Source: Thermoproteota archaeon
GTDB taxonomy: Archaea; Korarchaeota; Korarchaeia; Korarchaeales; Korarchaeaceae
DNA: 64,000 nucleotides
Assembly: GCA_027491915.1 (NCBI GenBank)
Contig: JAOZGC010000002.1
Coordinates: forward strand, 256,001-320,000
Direction of reading: 5' to 3'
The translations under genes were made by a program, and so were the position numbers. Below the pieces are notes generated by a model that was not told where the DNA came from, searched no databases, and saw nothing but the letters and a program-made list of their open reading frames with translations. The first letter of the stretch is position 1; each line of letters starts with the position of its first letter. Positions 19,056-28,032 of this stretch are shown here, in pieces.

Positions 19056-19360
19056 TCCCCTTGGGGATCGGCAGGCGCAGAATCAGGTCGAGCCTCGGCA
19101 AGACCGTTGAGGTGGAGGTGGCGGTCTCCCGGGGCAGAATATCCAGGGCCCTGATATCCGGAGACTTCTTCGCATTCCCGGCCGACGTCGTATACCGGCT
19201 GGAAGAAGCCATGACCGGACTGCCAGCCGACCCTGAGGCCATATCCCGCCTGGAAGAGTTGGAGCTGGGAGGGGAGCTGGTCGGGGTATCGCTGTCGGAC
19301 GTGATCGACGCTGCGAGGTCAGCCCTGTCCAGGGCCCTCTCTCACGAGGGAGAGGAGTAG
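19037..19360 (+). CDS. Lipoate-protein ligase accessory (LplB-like C-terminal domain) subunit
   Basis: GKTVEVEV..ISGDFFAFP..LEEAM motif; overlaps the lplA end. Confidence 0.8.
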   Translation: MEPVEVIPLGIGRRRIRSSLGKTVEVEVAVSRGRISRALISGDFFAFPADVVYRLEEAMTGLPADPEAISRLEELELGGELVGVSLSDVIDAARSALSRALSHEGEE

Positions 19361-20143
19361 GTCCCTCTCGGTTATGATGCCCACCACCCTCCTCCTCTTT
19401 GTGACCGGCAGGCACCCGACGTTCTCCCTCGCCATGAGCTCGGCGGCGGCCGCAACCCCTATCAGGGGGCTCACCGTGATGACCGGGGAGGTCATTATCG
19501 TCCTGACCGGCGCCGAGAGTGCCGCCGCCGGGTCGGCCGCCGTCCCCTCCTCCACCATGAACCTCATGAGGTCCATCGCCGTGACGATGCCCACCAGCTC
19601 CCCGCCGTCTACTATCGGAGTCCTCCTGAATCCCCCCGAGGCCATCTCCCTGAAGGCCGAGATTATCGGGGCGTCGGGCGGCAGGGTCCTAACCTTCTCC
19701 GTCATGACCTCGCCTACGGTAAGCCTAACTTCCCCCTTGGGGTAGTGCCTCACCACGTCCCTCTCGGATATTATGCCGGCGAGCCTGTCCCCCCTCACGA
19801 CCAGCAGGGCGCCGGACTCGTCCTCCGCCATCAACCTGGCGACCGTCCAGAGGTCGGAGTCCGGATCCACCGAGGGCGGGGGCCTGCCCATTACCCCCCT
19901 CAACGGGCTCTCGAGGAAGGAGGAGTATCTCTCGGCGTCGCACCTGGGGGAACACGTCTTGACCAGGCCGGATACCAGGTTCCTGGCCGTCAATATCCCT
20001 AGTACCCTTCCAGACTCCACCACGGGGAGCCTGCGGAACCAACCCCTCATCATCACCCGGGCGGCCTTGCCGACGGACTCGTCCGGCCGAGCGGTCACCA
20101 CGGAGGCCGTGGCTATGTCCATGGCCCTGATAACTTGATCCAT
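19319..20143 (-). CDS. Tandem CBS-domain protein (4 CBS)
   Basis: Repeated RRLPVV..GILT, GALLVV..GIISERD, RRTPIV..GIVT, GCLPV..GIITERD. Confidence 0.92.
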   Translation of the reverse strand: MDQVIRAMDIATASVVTARPDESVGKAARVMMRGWFRRLPVVESGRVLGILTARNLVSGLVKTCSPRCDAERYSSFLESPLRGVMGRPPPSVDPDSDLWTVARLMAEDESGALLVVRGDRLAGIISERDVVRHYPKGEVRLTVGEVMTEKVRTLPPDAPIISAFREMASGGFRRTPIVDGGELVGIVTAMDLMRFMVEEGTAADPAAALSAPVRTIMTSPVITVSPLIGVAAAAELMARENVGCLPVTKRRRVVGIITERDLLLSLVREGPGQG

Positions 20144-20223
20144 ATGACCCACCGTCCAGCCCTTCCTTCCCGTGATGTACCCCAAATCTTTTTGAATTTT
20201 TCTACCAAGCGTCGGGAAGAACC

Positions 20224-20520
20224 CTACGGAATGGCGGGCTCGGCCTCACCCGTCTCGGGATTGAGGACCATTATCCTGTCCCCTTTCTTGACCTTGGGCT
20301 CTATCATTAGCCTCCGACCGCCTCCCTTGATGGGTATTAGGAAGTACTCGTCCACCCGACCGTCCCCGTGTCTCAGTATCAGCTTGACCTTGTCCTCCGT
20401 CCTCTCCATGGTATTCGGGTCGACGTACTCGACTATCGCGAATTCCCCCCTGGAGACCAGCCTCCTGGCCTCCACCTTCCCCCTCTTGCTCACCGTCAAC
20501 ACCTCTTCCGGCAGGCTCAC
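20224..20520 (-). CDS. Hypothetical protein (about 98 aa)
   Basis: GTG start overlapping the pfpI-like stop. Fills the gap, with host-like codon use and a beta-rich charged composition. Confidence 0.62.
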   Translation of the reverse strand: MSLPEEVLTVSKRGKVEARRLVSRGEFAIVEYVDPNTMERTEDKVKLILRHGDGRVDEYFLIPIKGGGRRLMIEPKVKKGDRIMVLNPETGEAEPAIP

Positions 20521-21035
20521 CCTCCAGACCCCCCGGCCAGCTCCACGACCGCCGACATGAACTCCGGCAGATCCTGGGGCCCCCTGGCGGTGACCACCCT
20601 GCCGTCGACCACCACCGGTCCCCCCTCCAGGATTGCCCCGGCGTTCTCCAGGTCGTCCAGTATAGAGGAGGCCCCGGTCATCCTCCTGCCCCTGACGAGG
20701 CCCGCGCTTATCAGGACCTGGGGCCCGTGGCATATGGCCGCCACGATACCCCCGGCCCCATGCACCTCCCTAACGAGCCTCAACACGTTCGGATCCCTCC
20801 TGAGCCTGTCTGGGCCCCACCCACCGGGTATGAGGATCAAATCCACATCCTCACCGCTCAGCCCCCTGGCCTCCCTCTCGGCCCTCCAGGTCAGACACCC
20901 CCTCTTGCTCCTGACCTGCCCGATCTTTGAGGAACACACCTCTACCTCGAAGCCGGCCTCCAGCAGTCGGTAGTAGGGATAGATGAACTCCGACTCCTCG
21001 AAGCCGTCCCCGAGCAGTATGACCGCCCTCAACAT
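20517..21035 (-). CDS. pfpI: PfpI/DJ-1 family protease/deglycase
   Basis: GFEESEFIYPY, LIPGG, nucleophile elbow AICHGP, DGRVVTAR. Confidence 0.92.
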   Translation of the reverse strand: MLRAVILLGDGFEESEFIYPYYRLLEAGFEVEVCSSKIGQVRSKRGCLTWRAEREARGLSGEDVDLILIPGGWGPDRLRRDPNVLRLVREVHGAGGIVAAICHGPQVLISAGLVRGRRMTGASSILDDLENAGAILEGGPVVVDGRVVTARGPQDLPEFMSAVVELAGGSGG

Positions 21036-21087
21036 CCCCCCAAGCCCGGGGTATGGGGGAGGATAATTATCTATCCCCCCTCGGGGG

Positions 21088-21471
21088 ATGAGGGAGGGAA
21101 AGATGAGCAAACTCGCGGTGGTGGCGATATGGCTGGTCGCCTCCTCGGCGGCCTTCCTGTTCGCCAGCGCGTCGGTCAACAGCTTTCTCCCTCCGACGAA
21201 GGGAGAGGGGCCCGCTTGGGGGATCTGCTTTTTGGTCGAGCCTTCGGCCGGTTTTTACGGGTGTGCTGGGGCCCTGGCCGGACTTGGGGTGGGTCTCCTC
21301 CTGCCGATCCTCCTGGCTGAGACCCAGAGAGAGCTGAAGAGGATCCTCTCGGTGGGCATACTCCTGATCGTTGTGGGAGGGCCGGCCTCCAGCCTTGGGT
21401 GGTTGGGTCCACCTCTGGCCTTCCTCGGGGTCGGCCTGACGGTCACCTCAACGCTGGGCCTCCTCATGTGA
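21088..21471 (+). CDS. Hypothetical 4-TM membrane protein
   Basis: Four hydrophobic segments; upstream TATA-like GATAATTAT. Confidence 0.6.
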   Translation: MREGKMSKLAVVAIWLVASSAAFLFASASVNSFLPPTKGEGPAWGICFLVEPSAGFYGCAGALAGLGVGLLLPILLAETQRELKRILSVGILLIVVGGPASSLGWLGPPLAFLGVGLTVTSTLGLLM

Positions 21472-21541
21472 TCGGCTGCTCCGTTAAAATAGGTCGGACC
21501 GGAGGCGCTCCGCCGCCGCGCGGAGTCTATCGAAGCCAGGG

Positions 21542-22915
21542 ATGATCGGGATGGCCTCGACCCCCCTGAAGATGCATGCCGGCTTGGCCGATCTCCTGCT
21601 GACCAGGAAGAACGTTCTCTTGTCGGCGTGGCTCGTCTTCCTACTGAGCCTTGGATTCAATTCCGTCACTCAGATAATCCCATACTACATCATGTACCTC
21701 GAGGGAACCCTCTCCGATCTGCCGGAGAACCTCGGAAAGCTGTCAGGGGCCTCCGGGGTGGCCCTGGAGGTGGGCCTGGTGGTGTCCCTCTTCAACCTCT
21801 CGAGGGCCTCCCTGGCCAGGTTCTTCGGGGGGCTCAGCGACAGGAGGGGGAGGAAGAGGCTAATCTCAATTGGATCAATCTTGTACGCGATTATCTCATC
21901 CCTGTTCCCACTCGTAAAGTCTCTCCCGGAGATATACGCCCTGAGAGCTGCCCAGGGGGCGGTCTCGGCCATGGTCTGGCCGGCCGTCCTGGCCCTGATA
22001 ATGGACACGACCGAGAGGGAATGGAGGGGTAGGGCCATGGCCGTGTTCACGCTCGCCAACAACTCCGCCATGGTCCTCGGCCCGGCGATAGCGGCCGGTA
22101 TATACAAGCTTGGGGTAATCTTCCTGAAGCTGAGGGACGTCCGCGCGGCCCTGATCTTCCCCTTCGTCGGCCTGGCCGCCCTGTCCTACCTGGCAGTCCC
22201 CCCGGCCATCCTGCTGAGCGAGCCGCCGAGGGTCGATGCGGGGAGGGGGAACCGCCCGCGGGGAGGGGGGCCGGTGGACCGCTCCCTCCGGAGGAGCCTG
22301 CTGGCCCTGTACACCATGGGACTGGCGAACGGGTTCTCCATGGGTTTCGCCGCCCCCCTGGTCACCCTCTACGTCGCCGAGTACATCAACGCCGACCCGG
22401 CGGTGGTGGCCTCCGTCCCGCTGGCGGCCGGCGCGCTGGCCTTCCTCGCGACGTATCCGGCCGGCCGGGTGTCGGACTCGGTGGGGCGCAGGCCGCTCAT
22501 AATATGGGGGTCGCTCGTCAGCAGGGTGTCGACCGCGGCGATGCCCTTTGTCAGGAACCTGTTCTCATTCACCGGACTCTATTCCATAAGGGCCGTCTCC
22601 TTCAGCTTCGCCTCCCCCTCATTCAGGGCCATACAGGGGGACATAGCCCCGAGCGAGATAAGGGGAAGGGTGATAGGGACCATACAGACGATGTACAACG
22701 TCGGCGCCGTCGTGGGCCCGGTCGTGGGCGGTCAGGTCTACTCCTCGCTGGCCGGGGGGCGCGTGGGAGGGGGAGGCCTCCCGGAGATCCCCGGCGAGGC
22801 GGTTCCCTTCCTCATAAGCTCGGCGATAGGCCTGTTCAGCATAGCCGTATTCGCCGCGTTCGTCCGGGAGCCGGGGGATCACGACCCCGGCTCCTCCCCC
22901 CCGCCCGACTCCTGA
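21542..22915 (+). CDS. MFS transporter (DHA1/MdtG-like)
   Basis: Motif A GGLSDRRGRK and its repeat GRVSDSVGRR; about 12 TM. Confidence 0.93.
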   Translation: MIGMASTPLKMHAGLADLLLTRKNVLLSAWLVFLLSLGFNSVTQIIPYYIMYLEGTLSDLPENLGKLSGASGVALEVGLVVSLFNLSRASLARFFGGLSDRRGRKRLISIGSILYAIISSLFPLVKSLPEIYALRAAQGAVSAMVWPAVLALIMDTTEREWRGRAMAVFTLANNSAMVLGPAIAAGIYKLGVIFLKLRDVRAALIFPFVGLAALSYLAVPPAILLSEPPRVDAGRGNRPRGGGPVDRSLRRSLLALYTMGLANGFSMGFAAPLVTLYVAEYINADPAVVASVPLAAGALAFLATYPAGRVSDSVGRRPLIIWGSLVSRVSTAAMPFVRNLFSFTGLYSIRAVSFSFASPSFRAIQGDIAPSEIRGRVIGTIQTMYNVGAVVGPVVGGQVYSSLAGGRVGGGGLPEIPGEAVPFLISSAIGLFSIAVFAAFVREPGDHDPGSSPPPDS

Positions 22916-23883
22916 GGCCGAGGCCTGGGTCTAACCCTCCTGTAGATCAGGTAGGCCACCCCGACCACGGCCGCTATCGGGATCAGCCCGAAGAACAGGA
23001 TCACGATCAGGTAGACTGCGCCGTAGAGCGATCTGAGGGCGGCGGCCGCCAGGGCCCACCAGTCCAGGCTTGGCAGGTTCTCGGTGGGCTCCCTCCTCCG
23101 CTCGAGATAGACCGTGAGCGTCGCGTAAGTTACGGACGACTCGAGGTTCTGCAGCTCGGCCTGAAGGACCTCTATCCTCTCCCTCACGTCCGAGAGGGCC
23201 CTCTCTATCTCCAACAGATCTGACACGTCGGTGGCCATCGAGTAGAGCTCCAGGAGCCTCTCTTCTTCGGCCCTCGCGTTGTCCAGCCTGGCCTGCAGGT
23301 CGACTATCTGATCCGTCACGTCGTTCGCGTTGATCCTCTCCTCCCTAACCTCCCCCAGTCCCCTGACCTGGCTCAGCAGGTTCCCGAAGGAGTCCGCCGG
23401 AACCTTGACGCTCACGCTGCCGGAATCCTCCTCCACCGACGAGGAGGCCACGTAACCGCCCAGGGCCTGGGCCCTCGACGCAATCTCCCTCGCCGCCGAG
23501 GGAACGTCCTCGACCTCCAGGCTCATCCACCCCGTATAGGATATCTGCCTCCTGACCTCGCCCCCCACCAGGTATCCGGTCGACCCGGGCTGCCCGGGGG
23601 ACCCCCCTCCCATCTCGGTCCCCTGCCCCCCGCCATATCCGGACTTGGGGGGCGCGGCCGGGATCGGCGGGGGACCTCCTCCCCGCCCCAGCCCCCCGAC
23701 ACCCACCTCCTCTGCGCCCGGGGCCATGTAGCCTCCGACCCCGACGGCCGGCGCCGGGACGGGGATCGGGGCCCACGGGCGCCACCCCTCCTCACCCGTG
23801 ATTATCGGGTACGTGAGGTATCCGGCCAGGAGCAGGCCCCCGACGACGAGGATCGCCAGCAGCTCCCTCTTCCCCAATATCAT
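22879..23883 (-). CDS. DUF4349-family membrane-anchored coiled-coil protein
   Basis: N-terminal TM and Gly/Pro linker, then RQISYTG..LGGYV..DVTDQIVDLQARL..IERALS..YATLTV and a C-terminal TM. Start at ATG 23883, below the TATA box. Confidence 0.85.
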   Translation of the reverse strand: MILGKRELLAILVVGGLLLAGYLTYPIITGEEGWRPWAPIPVPAPAVGVGGYMAPGAEEVGVGGLGRGGGPPPIPAAPPKSGYGGGQGTEMGGGSPGQPGSTGYLVGGEVRRQISYTGWMSLEVEDVPSAAREIASRAQALGGYVASSSVEEDSGSVSVKVPADSFGNLLSQVRGLGEVREERINANDVTDQIVDLQARLDNARAEEERLLELYSMATDVSDLLEIERALSDVRERIEVLQAELQNLESSVTYATLTVYLERRREPTENLPSLDWWALAAAALRSLYGAVYLIVILFFGLIPIAAVVGVAYLIYRRVRPRPRPQESGGGEEPGS

Positions 23884-24016
23884 CCCCGGAGGTACCCGGG
23901 CAGGCGATTTTAACTCCATATCATTTGCTTCGATCCCGGTCGAACCAAATGGTCCGGCCGGGGGGGGGACCGGACGACCGAGATCCTATTATCTTCCCGG
24001 ATCTCCCCCCACCCGG

Positions 24017-25507
24017 TTGGACTTCAGGGGACCGGCGGCGATCCTGATGGTCGCCGCCATAATAGCCTCCGTTGAGCTGGTGGGGATGAGGCTCCCCCAG
24101 CTGACCGACTCCGACGGGGACGGCCTGGTGGACCTCAGGGAGGTCTCCATGGGGACCGATCCGACCAGGATCGACACCGACATGGACGGGCTCTCCGACG
24201 GCCTGGAGGTCGAGCTGAGGTCCAACCCACTGCTGCCGAGCCCGGCCATGGTCAGCATCCTGTCCCTCGGCATGGACCCCGCCCTATACAGGTCGGGCCT
24301 ATCTGTAATGGACCTCGACGGGCGCCTGTCTCCGGAGGAGGCCGAGTTCCTCCGCGCTCTCGCACGGGCGATCTCGATGATCTCCAACTCCTCCGTCTAC
24401 CCGTACCTCACCGACGAGATGAGAGGGGAGGCCGTCAGGTCGGTGATCTCTGCGGCGACCCGAGACGGTCGGATCTCGGGGAGCGAGGCCCGAGCCCTCG
24501 CGGCCCTGAAAGATCTCCCTCCGGACGTGAGACTCGCGGCCTACGCCTTCGGGCTCCCCTCCGACGAGAACCTCCCCCTCGACTGGGACCTCGACGGGGC
24601 GTCGAACCTGGAGGAGGTCCTGTCTGGGTCCAACCCTTTTACGGACCTGGAGGGGCCCGACTCGGAGAACCGCTCGGACCTCTACCTGATCGCGATCCAG
24701 GGCAGGGGCCCCCCGGCGTCAAACATCTTCCTGATCTACCACATGGCGGCCCTCTGGGGACTCAGGCCGGAGAACTCGAGGATCATCATATCTAGGAACT
24801 CCACCTCGACCGCGGGGGTGGACAGCACCTGGATCCTCTGGCAGCAGATCTCCAGGCCGGAGGTCGGGCCGTTCCGAGTCGGCGAGTACACCACCTCTGA
24901 GGTCTACGGCAGGAGGTTCGGGGCGGACTCCCTCGGCCCGGTCCCGGTGTGGCAGTACCTCGAGGACCTGGAGGGGGATCCCCTCCGAGACGTGGACGTG
25001 ACCCCTGACGCCAACGACAGGATCCTCATCGTGCTGGACGGTCACCACGCCCCGGGATCCGGGTGCCTCTCCCTCTCCGGCCGGATCTCCGTGTCCCCCC
25101 GGGAAGTGTCGGAATTCCTGTCCCGGCTGAGGTTCGGGATCGCATACGTGATAATAAACGCGTGCCAGGGATCCGACCTGCTGGACGAGTTCCCGCCCAC
25201 CTCCGGGGGGAGGGTTGTGGTGGTGACCACGAGCTCGATCGGCCAGCTAGTTGACGGCGAGTACACCAGGATATTCGAGTCCCTCTCCCTCTCCCCATTC
25301 AGCCCGAACTACTACTCGTCCGTGACGTCGCGCGCGCCGTGGACGCTCATAGGCGCCCTGGAATTCTTCTCATCCACCTTCGGCTCGGATTCCGGGATCG
25401 AGATCACCCCGAGCTGGAGGCTCCTAGGGTCAGCCGACCCCGAGGACCTACTTGGGAATCCCATGGCCTGGTCCCCGGCAGGTTGGGTCTGGGCGTCCGA
25501 CGGGTAG
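24017..25507 (+). CDS. Membrane-anchored protein with TSP3-like Ca-binding repeats and a C-terminal caspase/legumain-like domain
   Basis: N-terminal hydrophobic helix; DSDGDGLVD..DTDMDGLSD..DWDLDG; ILIVLDGHH and YVIINACQG. Start uncertain. Confidence 0.62.
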   Translation: MDFRGPAAILMVAAIIASVELVGMRLPQLTDSDGDGLVDLREVSMGTDPTRIDTDMDGLSDGLEVELRSNPLLPSPAMVSILSLGMDPALYRSGLSVMDLDGRLSPEEAEFLRALARAISMISNSSVYPYLTDEMRGEAVRSVISAATRDGRISGSEARALAALKDLPPDVRLAAYAFGLPSDENLPLDWDLDGASNLEEVLSGSNPFTDLEGPDSENRSDLYLIAIQGRGPPASNIFLIYHMAALWGLRPENSRIIISRNSTSTAGVDSTWILWQQISRPEVGPFRVGEYTTSEVYGRRFGADSLGPVPVWQYLEDLEGDPLRDVDVTPDANDRILIVLDGHHAPGSGCLSLSGRISVSPREVSEFLSRLRFGIAYVIINACQGSDLLDEFPPTSGGRVVVVTTSSIGQLVDGEYTRIFESLSLSPFSPNYYSSVTSRAPWTLIGALEFFSSTFGSDSGIEITPSWRLLGSADPEDLLGNPMAWSPAGWVWASDG

Positions 25508-25522
25508 CGGAGGCGGTCCCAA

Positions 25523-26584
25523 TTGGGGAAAGTTGAGAAGGCTTTCCTGGCCGTGGCCTCTCTCCTCCTCTCCCTCTACTGGCCCGCGGATCTTCTGCCG
25601 CTTGGAGCAGCCTCGGCCTCTATACTGACATTCGCTGTGGGGGCTTGGGTGATCTTCAGGGCCTCGGAGGTGGCAGTCTCCGGGATAGACGGACTGTCTT
25701 CGGCCCTCGGGGTACCCGGGTACGTCGCCGGCGTTGGGGCAGCCCTGGTGTCCTCGCTCCCGGAGCTGACGATAACCCTCGTGGCCGTGTCTTCCGGGTT
25801 CCCGACCCTGGTCGAGGCGGCGGTCCTCTCCGTAATAGCCAGCGTCGGCTTCGGACTCATAATGCTGGCCGCCCTGGTCCTGCTCCACGCCGTCAAGTTC
25901 GGCGGTCCGATGAGGCTGCCGCGGGAGGTCCTCACCCTGGAGCTGGACGCCTTCGCCTTCACCGCATCCTCATACTCCGTCCTGGCCACCCTCGCCCTGA
26001 TCCTCTTTGTAGAGTCGGGGGGGTCGGGCGCCTCCCTCCCGAGGAGCGCGGGCGCGATCCTGGTCGCGGTCTACCTCTCCTACCTGATCCACATGCTCTC
26101 CTCGCGCGAGGCCGGAGGGGGACAGACCGGCCGGTCCGGGGCGGGACCGACCTCGGTCGCGATCGAGGCGGTCGCGGGGATCGCGGCCGTGGTGCTGGCT
26201 GGCGGGGCCGTGGTGCACGCCACCGAGGCCCTGTTGAATCAGGCCCACCTGGGCAGGGTGCAGGCCGCCCTCGCCCTCGCCCTAGTGGGGACCGTGCCCG
26301 AGCACGCCGTGGCCTTCACGGCTGCCTCCGCCGGGAGGGGAGATATAGGCCTGGGGAACCTGCTGGGCGGGTTCACCCAGCTGTCCCTGCTGGTGGTCGG
26401 GCTCATAGCCGCGACGGCAGACGTCCCCGCCGACCCCTACGTCATAGTTCAGCTAGCCGTGGCCTCCGCTTCGATGGCCATGCTGAAGCTCTTCTCCAGG
26501 GACGATGGGGCCATAGACGCCGGGGAGGCCGGGCTGATGGCGGCCCTCCAGCTGCTCGCCTTCGACCTACTCCTTTCCCTCTGA
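25523..26584 (+). CDS. Cation/Ca2+ exchanger (CaCA, Na_Ca_ex)
   Basis: Two alpha repeats, SSLPEL and GTVPEH..GNLLG; about 10 TM. Confidence 0.88.
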   Translation: MGKVEKAFLAVASLLLSLYWPADLLPLGAASASILTFAVGAWVIFRASEVAVSGIDGLSSALGVPGYVAGVGAALVSSLPELTITLVAVSSGFPTLVEAAVLSVIASVGFGLIMLAALVLLHAVKFGGPMRLPREVLTLELDAFAFTASSYSVLATLALILFVESGGSGASLPRSAGAILVAVYLSYLIHMLSSREAGGGQTGRSGAGPTSVAIEAVAGIAAVVLAGGAVVHATEALLNQAHLGRVQAALALALVGTVPEHAVAFTAASAGRGDIGLGNLLGGFTQLSLLVVGLIAATADVPADPYVIVQLAVASASMAMLKLFSRDDGAIDAGEAGLMAALQLLAFDLLLSL

Positions 26585-27388
26585 CCCGGCGCCAGCCCCT
26601 CCCAACAGGATCCTCCCGCCGATCCTCTCCAACCCCTCCCTCAGCCTCGAGGAGGCCCTGGCCACCCTGCCCTTGGCCCCTCTGCCCCTGGACTGCACGT
26701 GGATCTCCAAGATGGGGAATCCCAGCTCGGATCCCATGGGGTGGCTCTTCACGTAGATCCCGGGGATCTCGGCCATGACCCCCTCTATTATCGGGGCGGC
26801 CGCCGACTCCGGGATTCCCTCGCACCTGAAGATATCCTGAGCGGTCTCCTCCCGGTTCAACCTCTCCCTGAGATCTGGGAGGACCGACCCTTCGAACATG
26901 GCCCTCATCTCCGACGGAACCCCGGGCAATGAGAAGATTATGGTCCCTCCCTCCTCGACCTCCAGCGCGCAGCCCGGGGCGGTCCCCACGGGGTTAGGCA
27001 GCGGCCTCCCGCCGACCGGCATGAGGGCCATCTTCCTCCTGGCATCGTTGAGTTCCATTCCCGCCGACCTGTACTTCCTCCTGATCATCTCCAGGGCGGT
27101 CCTGTTCAGTTCTATCCCCAGCCCCAGCGCCTCGGCGACGCACTCCAGGGTCTTGTCGTCGAATGTCGGCCCCAGGCCTCCGGTGGTTATGACCGCCCCG
27201 GCGCCCATCCCCAGGGCCTGCCTCAGGGCCCAAGAGACGTCTCCGCAGTCGTCCCTCACCGTGATTGCCGCCCTTACGAAGAACCCCTCCTCGGTCAGCC
27301 TGCCGCCCAACCAAGAGAGGTTCGTGTTGACGGTCTTCCCTATCAGGAGCTCGTTCCCCACAGACAATATCCAGATCTCGTCGGTCAT
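26567..27388 (-). CDS. CinA N-terminal/MoCF_biosynth family protein (COG1058)
   Basis: VGNELLIGKTVNTN, TTGGLGPTFDDKT, NPVGTAPG, LPGVPSEM, ES. Confidence 0.92.
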   Translation of the reverse strand: MTDEIWILSVGNELLIGKTVNTNLSWLGGRLTEEGFFVRAAITVRDDCGDVSWALRQALGMGAGAVITTGGLGPTFDDKTLECVAEALGLGIELNRTALEMIRRKYRSAGMELNDARRKMALMPVGGRPLPNPVGTAPGCALEVEEGGTIIFSLPGVPSEMRAMFEGSVLPDLRERLNREETAQDIFRCEGIPESAAAPIIEGVMAEIPGIYVKSHPMGSELGFPILEIHVQSRGRGAKGRVARASSRLREGLERIGGRILLGGAGAGSEGKE

Positions 27389-27411
27389 TCGCCGCCGTAT
27401 GCCTGGGGGAT

Positions 27412-28032
27412 ATGCCTAAATCCTTGACCCCCCGGGAACCCCGAATGAGGGGGACAACCGGGGGAATCGCGGCGGCGGAAGTTAGTGGGCGGGGCGCCGC
27501 CCTCCACGCCGTGAGGGACCTCCTGACGTCCGGAGAGGCCGTCCTTCTGGACTTCAGGTTCGACGTCAGATACGGCGAGGTGCTGTCCGCGATACTGCGG
27601 CCCAGGGATGAGGTGGGGGTCCCAGTGATCCTCCAGAATCCGGCCGCCGATCCCCCATCTTACGTCGATCAGGGCGCCATGCTCGTGGGCTTCTCGGAGC
27701 TCCGGGGGGACGGCCGCCCCGCGGCGGACCGGCCGCGGGACCCCGTCGGGAGAACTCTGCTGAGGCCGGAACACTACGAGGTGCTGTCCCTCCTGGAATC
27801 GCGGCGCGGACCGACCGTCCTGGTGCACGACAGCGCGTCTGGATTCCTCAGCGAGTTCGGCCTGAGGAGATCTTACAGATTCTTCCGAGGCATCTTGGAC
27901 GAGCTGGACTGCCCCGGGATCTTCGTGTGGTTCTCCTGGATCCACGACCGCATCGTCAACTCAATAATGAGGGACCTCTTCAGCCACGTAGTCTCGGTCT
28001 ACGGCGGGGGGATCTTGGTCGGCCCCCGGTGA
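27412..28032 (+). CDS. Hypothetical protein, possibly a degenerate RecA/KaiC-fold domain
   Basis: C-terminal VLVHDSASGFLSEFG..HD..LFSHVV resembles inactive KaiC-like domains; no Walker A. Confidence 0.45.
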   Translation: MPKSLTPREPRMRGTTGGIAAAEVSGRGAALHAVRDLLTSGEAVLLDFRFDVRYGEVLSAILRPRDEVGVPVILQNPAADPPSYVDQGAMLVGFSELRGDGRPAADRPRDPVGRTLLRPEHYEVLSLLESRRGPTVLVHDSASGFLSEFGLRRSYRFFRGILDELDCPGIFVWFSWIHDRIVNSIMRDLFSHVVSVYGGGILVGPR

